Of a DNA stretch of 64,000 bases, positions 38,010 through 52,356 are shown one piece after another. The notes under the pieces are model-generated. The model searched no databases. It was not told where the DNA came from and was given only the letters and a program-made list of their open reading frames with translations. Position 1 is the stretch's first letter. Each line of letters begins with the position of its first letter. A program made the position numbers and the translations under genes. The stretch is from Stylophora pistillata (taxonomy: Eukaryota): the NCBI RefSeq assembly GCF_002571385.2, contig NW_019217875.1, forward strand, positions 295,422 through 359,421, read 5' to 3'.

Positions 38010-41000
38010 ATGAAGAAGAAGTGTCGTGGATACTTGTTTCAATCGCTTGTGACTGTCCTATCGTTTGGCCATATTTTAAGTTCGTTGGCGACGCCAGCAG
38101 GTGAGATGAATATTTGATTCTATTTAATCATGGATCAGTTTGATCTACTGGATCATTTACAGAGCTGACGATTGTTGTCCTAAGCGGCTGCCTCCAGCGG
38201 CGCTTTCTTATCGATTATCTGGGGTACATGCACGTTTGACGGAGCACCACGTGGTTATTTCTCACTCTGCTGATAAACTGAACATGTCGCTGGTACATGC
38301 ACGTTTGACGGAGCACCACGTGGTTATTTCTCACTCTGCTGATAAACTGAACATGTCGCTGGTATCACTACACAGTGAGGTTTGAGAAGTAAAATCGTTT
38401 CGAAACAAGAAAGTCACCAAGTGGCGCTGTATATCGGTTTAATAGTTAAGAATAACGCCGTTTGTCTTCTTCAAACTCCGTCTGTCTGTCTGTCTGTCTG
38501 TCTCGTCTGCTCCCATGTTCTCGCGGGCCGTTGGCAGCTTTTAGAGCGTCATTTTGTTTTTTTGAGATGTGTGGTAATACGGGATCTAACAATAGAAGAA
38601 GATTTTCAAAATCATAGGATTAATTAACAACCTGATTCCTTGCGGAAGTCTTAAAGTTTTTGCTATTTTGATGAACTCTGATGAGATTATGTGAAGATAA
38701 ATCATCTGTAAGCGTTTTGTTTTTTCCTTTCAGAAAAACTTAAGAAAGGGGGTACTGGTCTGACTTATTGCCAACGCAATTTTTGATTATTCTCAGTGTT
38801 CTCGTGAACAAAAATTTCCTCTACCGAAGGGAGAGCAGAATCGAAAATGTTTATTTTCCCGTGCATTAATTTTTATCGATTGAACAAGGAGCTAATTTAT
38901 GATAATTGATGCCGTGCAGCCGAATACCACACGCTCTGCATCAAAAAGAGCAAGTCGTCCTTATGAGAAAGCTTCCCGCAAATTTTTTGGCTCTCCAGCC
39001 CCATTGTAAACTTTTTTTTTCATGCTGTTGTTTTTAAGGATTTCGCTGGTGTTGTGTTTCGGAAGCAGAAGTTTCTAAGTGCTTACACTTGGCGAATGTG
39101 ACATCACAGATCGCCTGGTTCCGGGGGATGATATGTATCCATGGAAACAACGTTACAAAATGTGTCAAGATGGTTGGTCATGGAACGGCCGATTTCATCA
39201 CTTTAGGAGAGGAGAATATTTATCAGGCTGGTAGGTCATTGTAAAATTTTAAAAAGCTGTATAGACGCTGGCAATTGGCAATGTAGTTTTTGTTAACAAT
39301 AGGGGCCAGGAGCCTCTTGGGGCCAAAAAATTGAAATAGCGAGCGCGAAAGTTTATGAAAAGGTCAAAGGGGCAAGGGACTTCTGGGCAAAATTGCTTCC
39401 GCTCTCTCCCCGCTCTTTTTCTGCGAACTCCTACCAAATTTTGCACGGTCGCTTTTCCGATTTTCTCCGCACCGACCCATAGAACTGAACTATACCTTTC
39501 AATAAAATTTATTTTTGACGCGGTTCTCGCCCCTCAGATCTGAAAGCTAACTCCCCTCACTGAAAATCACACATTTACTTGTGGTCAGCCTTAAGACTTT
39601 TAAGCTAAATGCAAACAACATCTGCGTCACCTTAATTCTTATCCCTCGTTTCTTTGACACAATTATGTCAAAATTGTCAGAATTAGCGTATCGATGACTT
39701 CCGAGACTGAAAGGGCTCAAGCCCACTTGAAATATTAAATTTTTGAAATCTTAAAGCAATTTCATCAATGTTTGTGGATCTTTACGAAATTCCAGTAGTT
39801 TGCATCACGTCTTAATGCGTCCTTTAATCTTAAACATCCCTGTTCCCTTTTTTTTATTTAATTCGTCATTGTTCTTGGCTACTGTTAGTCCCCTTCGCAG
39901 CAATTGTTTGGTCTCCTCACACAATGCGTTATGTTCCGTGACTAAACCAAACAACGGCTGCGAAGGAGACTAGGTTAACGTTGCAAATTATTACTGTCTA
40001 AAGGTCTCCGTCAATGGCAATGTTCGACGACCCAAAGTACAATCAAAATATCGCCACGTACCTCCCCTATGATTAAATGCATGGAAAGCAATCGATCTAG
40101 GTCATTTCACATTTAACTAGGTTCCAAACATGGTCTTGTGCCAGTGGTAGCGGAGGACTATGGCAAACAAGAAGAAGGTCTAGAAAGCTATTCCGTTGCC
40201 CTTATTAGAAGCAATCTGTCGGAAGGTGTCTCAATGAATTCGCTAAAGGACACCAAATCTTGTCACCCTGCCGCGGGGGACTCAGTCGGGTGGACAGCTC
40301 CTGTTGGACTGCTGATTGGAAGAGGAGTGATTCAGTGGAATGGTTGCAATACTTACCAGTCCACTGGGGAGTATTTTGACCAAAGCTGCGTCCCAGGTTT
40401 GTGGTTTATATAAGACTGAGTTGGAATCACTTCAAAATTAATTCTGTCGACTTGCGTTCGGCTTATAAGTTAAAAGTGCTGTTCTTTTTTTAAAGGATCA
40501 GTAAATTCTTTAGTAAATAAAAAAAAAAAAAAAGAATATTCATATAATAAGGGTCAGGCTAGTTCATAGATCTGTATGGTTTTGCTGATTTTAACTGAAG
40601 GCGAAGAACCAAAAAAGCGAAAGTATCGTCGTATCACTTAAAAAACATCACGGGACTGAGGGGGGTTGGGGCCTAATTTGTAAAGGTTACACGAGGGACT
40701 TGAATACGCATACTGGGTTTAATTAGAAAAATTGCAATTTCCATGATCGGGCTTTGTTTAAAAAAAGTTCCTATTTCCACTTATTCATTTGCCAAGTTGT
40801 TTCAGGAAGTTTATTTGTTATCGGACAGTTTTTTTTATCGGACAGTTTGTTATCAGACAGTTCAATAAGCCAATCACATTCTAAGTTGTATTTAAAAATC
40901 AACCAATCACAACATCAAACAATTTACGCCTTCTTTGTCAGTCTTTTAATGCAAATTTTCCCTTTCTTTCATAATTTGGTTATTCTTCTTTTTCTGGAAA

Positions 41001-42428
41001 ATTATAATCTTTACGACTAATTGGTAATGAGACTTCGTGCCGTCCAATTCGGTCTGTAATCATACTCCTGATAAACAAATTGGACTCCCGTTGCGCGATC
41101 GTCCGATTTTGTTATCATTCGTATGATTACAGACCTAATTGGACTCCACTCAGTCCTATTATCATGGGCTGACATGCAGTGCTCTAGGACTGAAAACATT
41201 GAATGCCCATTAAAGCGCTTATAAGTAATACTTACCCTGGGATCCATCACTGTTCGTAATTGCATCTTATGTGTTCATCTTTAGGGGCTCTTTCGAATGA
41301 ATACAACCCACAAAACAGCAATCCCACGGGTCTGTGTGCGATTTGCACTAATCAGAAGACTTGTCCACGAAATGTTTCCGAACGGTACTTTGGTTATCAT
41401 GGGGCGTACCGCTGCCTGACGGAAGGCGCTGGGGATGTAGCTTTTGTCAGCCATCTCACGGTGTTCCTACACACTGGAGTGGAAAATGATTTTAATCCAG
41501 GGAGGGATTTCAAATTGCTTTGTTCCGACGGAACTCGAGCAGGTAATGTAGAATAGGTCTTAATCGCAATTCTAGATATGATCGGCCAAATAAATTACTT
41601 TCTAGAGGGGAGTTAAAGTGGCCCTGTGGTTGACGTTTGATTTCGATTTAACTTGAGAAGTTTGGGCTCGAGCCACTACCGAGATCACTGTGCTAATTTC
41701 TTCGCCTCTCACCATTTCAAGGCGTAAATGGTCCCCAGCAAACTGCCGGGAAAATCTATCGGTTTAACCTGTGATATACTAGCATCCCTTTCCGAAGGAG
41801 TAGCAAAAGGCCCAGTCATCATTTTACGGTGGTGGCAATCGGTATAAACTCTGCTGGCATGAACCGTGTTCATGGCTCGTGTGCAGGTTTTCTTGTTTAT
41901 TCCTTTCATAAAACTACATCATTGTTATACTACCCACCCAAACTTAATCAGCTGCAGCAAAGCGATTTACAATATGCAGCCGTCCATTTTACTCCATGTC
42001 TCACCATATCTTATACAATAGATGTTGGAACCTTTCAAACATGTAACCTGGCCAGGATTCCTTCTCGTGTCGTCATGGCACGGCCCGGAGGCATGGTAAA
42101 GAGTTTAAAACAGTGGCTTCTTCGCTTAGATGAATATTGTCGGACAAATCCGCACTTTTTCCAAATGTTTAATTCTTCCACGTACGGTGGTAAAGACTTA
42201 TTATTTGCAGACTCCACGGTCAAGCTTATAGATGTGAAAGAAAAGAACACGACCCAGACTTGGCTTGGTGAAGAGTTCTATTTCGCTCTTCAGTCACTCA
42301 GCTCCTGCCCAGAGGTACTTGTAGCATCTAGATCACTTACGGTCAGAATCGAACCGAGAAGGACTGGGCAGTTTATATCAACTGAGTTCATCTCCTTAGT
42401 CCTTACTCTTTATTGCTGCCTGACATAA
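38010..42428 (+). CDS. Single-lobe transferrin-family protein (TF-A), 407 aa, degenerate iron site
   Basis: Exons 38010-38100, 39039-39230, 40121-40396, 41285-41542, 42022-42428, all phase-1 introns. Signal peptide, FRWC, KSCH..GW, SCVPG, YFGYHGAYRCL..GDVAFV, LLC, DLLF.DST, hydrophobic C-terminus. Confidence 0.9.
38223..38364. repeat. Perfect 69-bp tandem duplication in TF-A intron 1
   Basis: GGTACATGCACGTTTGACGG...AACATGTCGCT occurs twice. Confidence 0.95.
39886..39972. mobile_element. 87-bp MITE derived from the AcademH-type element
   Basis: Same TIRs (TAGTC(C/T)CCTTCGCAGC ... GCTGCGAAGGAGACTA); decayed 9-bp TSD GGCTACTGT/GGTTAACGT. Confidence 0.75.
41017..41162. repeat. Palindromic interspersed repeat
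   Basis: GTCCAATTCGGTCTGTAATCATAC ... GTATGATTACAGACCTAATTGGAC inverted arms. Confidence 0.7.
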
Positions 42429-44743
42429 AACCAAACGGAAATGCTAACACTCGGCGGCGTGGTTTAAAAGTATCCCGGTCAAAACATCGACAGCATTTGG
42501 TTTCACATACGGAATCTAGTAACAGCTAGTGTTGATGTGCGAGTGCATCTCTAAGGTTTGTGTGCCTGAATCAGCATACCATACCGTTACCGAGATCGGT
42601 CAATTATCAAATCATCAACCTTACTCTGGGAGACATTCTTCTCACGCTTGAAAAAGAGTATCGGTCGGTTCTATAGACGCCGACGGACTCCTTTAATTTC
42701 ACTTTTCTTCGAATTAAACGGTTTTAAATCATCTGCGTTGGTTCAAAAAGGCACAGATATTTCGAGGTACTTCACAAAATTTAGGAAGGGGAGAAACAAT
42801 CCTGATTATCTTCAAATTGCATTGAAATATTTCTTAGTAGCAAGGTGTCTAGTCTCTAAAACTAAACGCAACTAATTATAGAACTGGTTAAAAAAGTGGA
42901 AACTGCAAATGAAAAGGAAAACGGAAAAAATGAGAATCAAAGAAAAAACAAGGAATGAGTGACTAAAAAGTAAATGAACGAACGAGCGAACGAATGCATG
43001 AACGAGTGAAAGTGTTCTTGGCTCCCGTGATCTTCTATAATTAATTACATCAGAAAGCTAAATTGCATTGGAGATCACCGAGACAATCTGAATGGTGTAC
43101 AGCAATGAGCTCAGGAAGAAGAGAGGCCCCTAAAAGGATATGATCTCACTTGCATTAAATTGTAAACCGAATAACATTGTCCGTGTGTTATTTAAATGCT
43201 TGCTGTTTTTCGTATTTTGCACAAAATGCTAACAATTTGTCACTTAATTGCACATATATCTTTGTAAAAAATTGTATTTCGAAATCTTTGTTTTCTTTAC
43301 TCGAATCCTGCGACAATTTGACAAACGATCCGATTTTCGCCGAGTTGTAGTTGAGAGTTCGCTTTCTGACGTGATTTGAGGCTTATTATGCGAAATCACC
43401 TTGTACAAAAAAGAATTTGGTAGAAAAAAAAGGAAAAACAAATAATCAATGTAAAAAAGAAATCGAAGCATTTCACCAAGTGGTATCAAACAAGAAACTC
43501 ACATCTTTCCAACCAACTTTGGCATGCGAAATAATAGTGACTGGCACGGTTCGTGAGGTCTTACTTTAGGCCGAGTCTTGCTTACTTACTTTCTTACGTA
43601 TGCTTACTTAATTATTACATACCGGCTGGCATAGGGCTTATCTGGCTATAAGCCAATAAGCTAAAAAAAACACACAAGTACACCGAGCGATTAAGAACAA
43701 AAACTTTATTTCGAGATCTGAAGCCACTGATAGTTCAAATGTCTTACTTTCTAATCTCTTCTAGTGTTTCTTGTGCTTAAAAGAAATTTTTTTTCCATCT
43801 TGTTTTCTACGTACATCGTCACGGCCCAGTGGCCTGGAATCATGTTAAAACTGAAAATACCGCGGGGTAAAACTTTTTCTCTGACTGCCTTTTATGTAAC
43901 ATCTCGATACACAATCTGAAACTGACATGGTGTGCTACGAAAACTGGAGACATAACGTAATCAAGAGATTTTGCGCTATATGGCTGTTGATTTTGTTGCT
44001 CTAAAACACGCACAGCAGCTGGATCACGAGTGTAGCCCCCGCGGAACGGGTCCTGGCGGAAACAGAAGCTGTGAAATAAGAGAAAAGCTAGCAAAAACAC
44101 GCGAGGTAAATTTGGGAGAGAGACTGGAGAGAGCCACGCTTGTCTATCATCGCGTGAGGTTCTTTCACACGTAATAATAGGACATCAGACGAGAGCTTAC
44201 CAAGCCGAACAAAAGATCTGACCGCAATCAATTCGACACTAATACAGTCATGCGCGGTGATTTCTTTGAAGCTGGCTGGATTATATGATTAAAGAACTGC
44301 ATTGAACGCTAAAAGCAAATTTTACAAGGAAGCAAAGTTGACTCTGAAAAGTGGAGACATTCCTTGGTAATGCAAAAAATATTGATGGCTACCTATTTGA
44401 TCTTTATCCTCTCGATCTTTTCCAGTGTTTTAAACTTGTCGATCTCTCAATAAGCAACACAAAATCTACTCTCAAACAATGACAGGCAAAACTGAATGAG
44501 TTTTGAATGGTATAGCCCCCAAAAAAGGAAAGGATAATCTGGGCTCAACAACATTTTCCTTGCTTTCGCAGCTACGTTTTGACAAGAAAGGATAAAAGCG
44601 CGGCTAGAGCTCACAATGGCCATGGTCTCCCTCTGCTAACTTTTCAATTACCGTTCACGAACTAGAAAAAGGACTACCCTAATGACCTAACGACTTATTA
44701 ATAATCAGCTTCATCACTACCTAAGCACGCTTCAAAGCTCGCG

Positions 44744-47700
44744 TTATATGAGCATGTTCAGCAAGGCTGTGAAAAGCAACAGCGGGTAGACGGGCAGGAA
44801 CACCGTAGAAGCGGAGAGGGTTGTAGGCGCGGTGGTTGAACTGTAGTCGCACTGAGTCAGGGAATCCACATTTTCCCCATACTTTTTTCCAAGGTAGTCC
44901 ATGAAGTCCTGCTTATCTGCAGCTTGAGCTTTCAATGAGGTTGTTGAATCTTTAAAGAGCAAATTGCTGCCGCCGTACTTCGAGGAGTTGAATAGCTGGA
45001 ACTTATTCCAGTCTGTCTGGTTCTCTCCATACTTTTCACACATGGTTATCAAAATTTTGACGATGACTTCGATGTTAGGGTTGTCCTTCTTTGTGACCAC
45101 AGCATGGGCAGGATTTGCTCCGAGGTGGCATTCCTTGTGCTCTCCAACATCTAAAGAAAAAAAAAGTGCATTACATTAGTACTTTCTCAACATTAAAATT
45201 TAACGTGGTTAATAAAGTAGCAATTCTAAGGTGCATGAGCATCTATGTTATCATTTTAAAATTTAGTCAGCGTTCCTAACAGTTCTCTTATGTTATGATT
45301 GTGCCAGTGGGCCAGGGCCCGCGGGGGGAATTGTAAGAAGCCGAACATCGCTCTGCCAAGTAGTTGATTATGCTTGTTAGTTTGCAGTCTTAAAACAACA
45401 GTTCAAAAGCACACCAAAATGGAAACAGGTTTGTATCGCACGCGCTGTAAATAGGAGAACCATATTTGAATACATTACCCTTTCTTCCTCCATCAGGGCA
45501 AAGATACTGGTAATCTCCCGGTTTCCCGTATTTTCCTCCATCAGTCACCTCCTTTGTGGTTGTGTATTTCACAAAAGCAACGTCACCTTTTCCATCCGCC
45601 ATGCACTTGAAGGCTCCATGATAACCGACGTATTTATTTTTTTCCATGTTTATAGTACACTTGTCACTCTCCGGGCCAGCACATAGATTACAGAGGTTAC
45701 TAACCTTTTCATAGACGCTTGCCGACACTTTAGCTTTGGTACCTTAAAGACAAACCGCTTCAAGAATGAAATTTTACCTCTTCAGTGTTTGAATTAGACT
45801 GAAATTCTCTGTTTACTGCGTACGTCTTGAGCAATGCATAATAGGTATCGTGCGGGCTACAAGGTGTTAGCTTGTCACTTGGTGCAGTGAAGCATTTTTT
45901 TCCTGCAATTATATATAATTTTTACATACTCCGACACTTCGCTGCTCTGTATATCTAGTGTCATTAATCTAATATTCTCTATAATGAATACGTAATTTAA
46001 CTATGATGACCATGTAGAAGACCTATTTTAAGTGGATTGTCTAAGGTAAAACAGAGTTTTACTTTGGTTTCACTTTTGCTTATTTTTCCCTGCATTCGAG
46101 ACAGTTAATCATTTTTTAATAGAGAGTCTTCATCGACTCCTCGTGTCTTTTACAGTGACCAGATAGGCCGATTTGGTAACTAAAATAAATCACGTCTACG
46201 ATCAACTGAAATATTTGTAACCTGTGGATGAGAGTCAAACAAATAAGTGAACCTCGCAGGTGACCTGCAGTGAAACAAATTGTGGAAAAGAAGACTGAAA
46301 AAAAATCCATGCATCAACTGATCTCCGATGCCAAATATTGGGAGCGAGGCGAGTTCTGCAGTGTAGCGAATCAATTTGTTGAGTCTTCTTTTCTGAAATT
46401 TTTCCAAGCCCTTTACCTCCCATGAGTGACCAAGACAGAATTTCTCCTTACGATATCTATACAATATCAAGCAGACAAGTGGTGAGAGTAAAGAAAAATA
46501 ACGATTAGGGGATTATTAGTTGATCGATTACCAAAATCTCTCGACTAACGTTGTACGAATTATATGGCAGACAGAGAGGAGAATTACTCACAAGATCCTG
46601 AGAGTAAAAAGGTTAATCGCAGCACATTTTCGAGGACCATTTATTTTCAAACTGCGCTCTAACTTTAATGTGGAAGCCTTACCTGGAACACAACTTTCAC
46701 TGAAGAACTTTGCAGCCGACAAGTAAGAGTTGTACTCATCTCCACAGGCCACAGACGGCATAATCTTTACCCGAAGCAAAAATCCTACCGGCACTTTCCA
46801 ACCTGCGGTTCTTCCAGCTCCAGTGTGACAAGACTTCTTCCCTTTGAGGCTCTTTATGTCAAAGCCTGTGTTTTTCTTTCTTACCACAGCGACTGCAAAA
46901 TACTTAACCCCGTATTCTCCGTACTGTTCAGCAACAATGACTTTGAAACCGTGTAATTTCCCTGTATCGAGAGAAGATGACGTTAAGATTAGAAAACATC
47001 TGAATTAAAGACCTGCTGTTGATTATCGTGGGTTTCCTAATGACGTTGAGGTTTCCAGTGGTATTTCTCCTAACAATCTGCAGTAAACAGACTAGCTCAA
47101 GCCGAATTTTTATGGAAAGAATAAACAGCAGAGAATATCGCGGAAAAATTTTATTCTTGCGGAGATGACGACTTCTTTCCAAGCTCTACTCCGTTAACCC
47201 TTTGAATACGAAAAAGAGCATATTTTTTCAGTTGTAATTTGGCGATACAGACTTAACCTCACTTCGTTGGTCCTTCTATGGATCATCCGTTACAATATTT
47301 GCGGTTTTAAGACACCATGGGCTCAGACGTTGGGGTCACATGACTTAGATCAACAGTTCGTATTTGGATGCGTTCAAATCGATTCGGTTTCTCGCTTTTC
47401 TGGCCGTTTATAAGTGTTTCTCGAACCATTTTCCCTCTACAGAAGCCCTCACGACGGCATCATTAAGATGGAATGTGGGTAGAGGCAAGCCTCTGAAGGA
47501 AAACAGAGGTGAGAGATGGTTTATTGTAGACTGGACCGCCAACGATGCTTTACTGCCAGCTTGGCGAGTTCACAAGTGAAGTTGTCTCTCGGGTCCATCT
47601 GTGGATGGCTTCCAGGACCTACCAAGGCTATGTGGCCAAGTTTTGACCGGTAAAAATTTCAATCGATGCGATATTTTGCTGGTAGGACTGGATGGCCCGA

Positions 47701-50700
47701 CACGATTCTAATAATTCTTTGAAATGGAAATGATAGGAATTGCCTTTTCGAATTATGGCGGAATTACCCTGAACTCTTTTTGAGCATGAACAAGGCAACG
47801 GTTGTGTTCGCGCCACTGGCTTTCATCAAATGGAAAAACAAGGGCTGGCAGATAAAGTGAGAAGGAATTTTCTTGCCAAACTCCAAGATCTGGCCCCGAG
47901 GTGTGATTTGAACGCAAACTTTTGATTTTTTTCTAGCAAGTTTTTATCTTAAAAGATCGACATGTTTTTGGTGTTGCTCTTGGAGCAAAATGCTGGACTT
48001 TGGGATTTGTTGCCATACGAACGGTTCACTGCAATGAAAGTCAGGAATCATTGTGGGCGTTTTAGGTTGCAATAGGTGTCACATCAATGAGCCGGTACAA
48101 TTTACACACTTACATAATGTTGTGTCTTAAGTTCAACAAGAAACAAGTATCAAAAGTAGTAACGGTATTATCTGGACATATCTGTTCACTTAGTATGCAA
48201 AGGGTTAACTTAGCGTGATCTTTAATTAGTTCTTAGGCGACGAACAGTACCTCCTTTTAAGCGAAGTCCGTCAAGCGGTTCGAAAAAATCAGCGAAAAAA
48301 AAACAGATTGTGGCTAACGCCGAGTGGAACTCTGGAATGACGAGAGAAGCCTCACTCCCGTGATCCCAGAGCTCCGCAGGATACGCTGGCCACCATTTGA
48401 TTTTTCCCCTGATTTTTTCGGACACACGAAAAAGAGGAAGGACTACTCGAAGTCTATCTAATTCTTTTAAACTAGCTCGACGATCTCACTCTAGTCTGTT
48501 TATTTCGACGTATTGACTGATGTATTTTCTGTGTGTTTTTACAAATGCCTTGCAATTTCGAGATCTGAAAGCCTAAGCCCATTTCAAAGTTTGAACTCCA
48601 GTTTCTTACATCGAATTCTGGATCCAAATCATAAATGAATTTGTCGAATACTTCATCGAACAGAAAACTTATTTTACAAATCCACGCGTGATATGCGGGA
48701 CACAAAACGTCTGACAGGGTTCGAAAGTTAAATATTTAGTGTCGGAATTAAGTGGCGATTGATTCAGTCTCTACAAGGAAAAGGCAGCCTACTAAAAACT
48801 TACCAGCCGCGTAAATGTCTCCACCATCCAGGGTCACCAGGTCGGCCTCGTCGTTGTTGATTTTTTGTATGCAATCGTCGGTGCTACTTCCGTCGACGCA
48901 GCTTGCATTCACTGACAACGTCAGGTTTTTAGCCACCGCCATTACCTTATCTTTAAATTCATTACACTTGTCTTTCTCAGCAGACAAGGCGCACCATCTA
49001 AACTTGATTTGGTCTGAAAAATAAAAAGCTGTGATAATCGCATCCCTGTATAGTTTTTTCTTCTCTGGTCAAGCAAAAGTATTAATTCCTGTGGGTCTAG
49101 CAAATGCACAAATGGCACAAATGGAAGGTGGGACACGCGCGAGGGCAGGAGCATGCGTCTTGCTCCTCGTGATCCTCGCGCGTTTTCCTCATGCTTCCCT
49201 TTGTTCTTCAAAAAGACATCTGTTCTGCAGGCGAGCTTTATTTTCTTGAAGACTGACTGCCGCACTTGAGATTAACTCAGCATCAGTGAAAAGCTTATTT
49301 GCTTAAGCATCAACGACAGAGCGGAAATGTATTAGTTATATTTAACTCCCCTTCGTGATTGGTCAAATTGGAAAAATCGTGCCATCCAGTTGAACAATCA
49401 GGAACACACTTTATGTCAGTAGGTCGCGTCAACGACCTACTGGGTTCAGAATGAACATGTTGTTTCGCACGACCACAATCCTTTTTGGTGTTTTATAACA
49501 TGGAGAGCCAAAAAGGCTTCGCAAATTCTTTTAAACTTGTCGGTTTTTCGAAATTCGCGCTTGATAGCAACCAAATATTTTCCATAGTCCAACTTCAAAT
49601 TAGTCTCCTTCGCAGCCGTTGTTTGGGCTCGTCACACAACGCTCCCTCCCCCACCAACCGGATGCTTAAACCCGAGCCACATTCCTTTCCCTGGTTTTAG
49701 CCAATCACGATTTCGCTCATATAATTCTGTGTAAGTCCCGTATTCTATCTATTCTATTAGCGGCTCATTGAGCAGAGAAAATGGCAACTCTCAAAGAAGC
49801 TTTTGTTTCGACCGCTTCCAAGTTCAAAATTCCCAGTTTAAATGAACCCCAGAAGCTGGCATTGAGAAAATTCTTTTGCAAAAAAAAAAAAAGATGTATT
49901 TGTAAACCTGCCAACAGGGTTTGGAAAATCCTTGATTTATCAAGGTAACATCACGAGTAACCGATTAACCTTTCACCTATCTTTCGCCGTACGTGATGCC
50001 GTTAGGTTATTTTAAATACTTAGTAACAAAAACATCTACGTTTACGGATTTTGACCTCTTTATAGAATAAAGACGTAAATAAGGAACGTTATCATCTCCA
50101 GTCCTTCTACGAGTTTCCTGAGCCCAAGGATGATAGATAATAGATCTCTGCAGTAGGCATCAAATACTGTATCCATACTTAAACTTGAGCTTCAGATCTA
50201 ACTAGATTATCTTTTTCGTTATTGCCTCTAATTTAATAGATGCAGATTAGTAGACAGATAAAGCCGCCGGAATATTAATCTATGGGGGAGTTAGGATACA
50301 TCCTTAAAAAGCTGGTGATTTTTTTGGCACAAATCTCAAACTAGAACGGGCTTGCATTATCGTTTTCAAAAACTGCAAATGATGCCAAAATAACTAGGAA
50401 ACCGACCTTGCTCATCATGAAGGCGGCATCTACTTTACATGAAAGACGCTTAAAATGCATTTTTTGTAGCCTAGAGGCTCCTCCGCGAGATCAGGCAATT
50501 TTCAAGCTTCAAAGTTGTTATTGCGACCTCGTTATCGAGTGTGCACGCGAACAAAGTTTTCTGCACGATCTTTACTTCAATTTTTCGCTGCTATATTGCA
50601 AAGTTTCAAACCAAGTTGAAGCTTGCATTAATTGCAGGCGATATCTGATTCAACTGATGCGAGGACGTTGCGGTTTAATCTGTCTATCTTTCGCAAGGAT

Positions 50701-51620
50701 TTGATGAACAAGCGCAAAACCAAACAGCCATTGAAACCTAGCCTGCGTTGCAGCCGAACGTGTCACAAAATCCCCGGCAGAGTCCTGCTAAACAGGCCGT
50801 TTAGACTGTGCAAAGCAGGCTATTATTACGCGAGCGTGGACTTGTAATTATAATATAAAAGAGGAGCCCGTAATGTAGCTCTGGAACATGCTTCCGTGTA
50901 ATTAGCTGAGCTGATGAACCGAGCAATGAAACGACAACTCCTGTAGAGTAATTGTAAAATCACCTTCGACATTCATTCCTATTTTGCGGTAGTTTATCCC
51001 TCAAATGAAACACTTCCGGCAGAGGTACGTAGAAGGAGGAAGATAACCCAAAAGGAAAGGAGACAATAAGGAAGAAAACTCAATGATGGCACCCCATTAT
51101 TGAAACCTTTGTGAAAATTGTAACAATTCCCTCGCGCCATCCGTATTACGACACACTCGTACAAAATTATTGTTAAGTTACATGGTTGGAAAGAGATCTT
51201 TGAAATCACTGTTCATCGGGGCGACCGTGGCACGGAAATTGCGCGCTGAAATCGCAACTGAGTTGCGCGAATAACTTTCAACTCACCGCTTTAGAGCTGT
51301 AAAAATTGCATAGAATGAGCGACAACAATCGCTGGCATGAATTGTCGCATCGAAAATTGCAGCGCGAGACTAGCAAATATTCTTGATGAAAACATGTAAA
51401 CATAAAGAAGTTCAAAGCTTTTAAATAAATGTCGAGCGACAGAAAAAAGTGCTGTTTGCTACGGCCTTTAAAACATATCTAAGAGGCTTAGTTAACAGAA
51501 GTGACTTACAACGCAACCATAAAAATGAGATTCAAGGCAAAGATGAAGGTTTAGCTTACCCGCTGAATATGCATAATGGATAGTGGTAAAGAGCAACAAA
51601 ACGATCAGAATCCTCTCCAT
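44744..51620 (-). CDS. Single-lobe transferrin (TF-B), 406 aa, complete iron/carbonate ligand set, probable GPI anchor
   Basis: Exons 51620-51560, 49013-48804, 46961-46683, 45742-45479, 45150-44744. Signal peptide MERILIVLLLFTTIHYAYSA; LDGG (Asp), YFAVA (Tyr), SCHTGAGRTAGW (Thr/Arg), YVGYHGAFKC (Tyr), PAHAVV (His); S/T linker plus hydrophobic tail. Confidence 0.93.
47198..48203. mobile_element. ~1-kb non-autonomous piggyBac-like element in TF-B intron 2
   Basis: TTAA|CCCTTTGAATAC ... GTATGCAAAGGG|TTAA. Confidence 0.7.
49425..49944 (+). repeat. Direct copy of 52001-52520 (176-bp flank plus left end of the AcademH-type element) in TF-B intron 1
   Basis: Near-identical sequence at offset 2576; twin 71-aa ORFs in the track. 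Confidence 0.9.
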
Positions 51621-52356
51621 GTTTGCTGAAGCCGTTGAAACACCCAGAAAACGCCTTGAAATTTCTCAAAGTGAAACCGACGCTTCTAGTGAAATCTAAT
51701 ATGGAAATGTTAGAACTGTCAGCAGGATATGTGATCGTTAATGACAGTTAAGGCCACATTGCGACGCCTTCCTAACACCTAGGCTTTCAAGGGTGTCAAT
51801 CATAGCACTGAGGTTACTGTCAACGAAATCTGCTCAAAATTTCGGTTTTTCGCTTTTTAGTTAGAGGGAGCAGTTAAGTTAAATCTGTCAAAAAAAAATT
51901 TACAAAATCTTAAAAAGAACGCAAAATACGGCTGTAAGAATGTTTTTAAAGGGTTAGCTTATCATCTGCTAAGTGATACCGTCCAGTTTCTTTGGATGTC
52001 CGCGTCAACGACCTACTGGGTTCAGAATGAACATGTTGTTTCGCACGACCACAATCCTTTTTGGTGTTTTATAACATGCAGAGCCAAAAAGGCTTCGCAA
52101 ATTCTTTTAAATTTGTCGGTTTTTCGAAATTCGCGCTTGATAGCAACCAAATATTTTCAATAGTCCAACTTCAAATTAGTCTCCTTCGCAGCCGTTGTTT
52201 GGGATCGTCACACAACGCTCCCTCCCCCACCAACCGGATGCTTAAACCCGAGCCACATTCCTTTCCCTGGTTTTAGCCAATCACGATTTCGCTCATATAA
52301 TTCTGTGTAAGTCCCGTATTCTATCTATTCTATCAGCGGCTCATTGAGCAGAGAAA

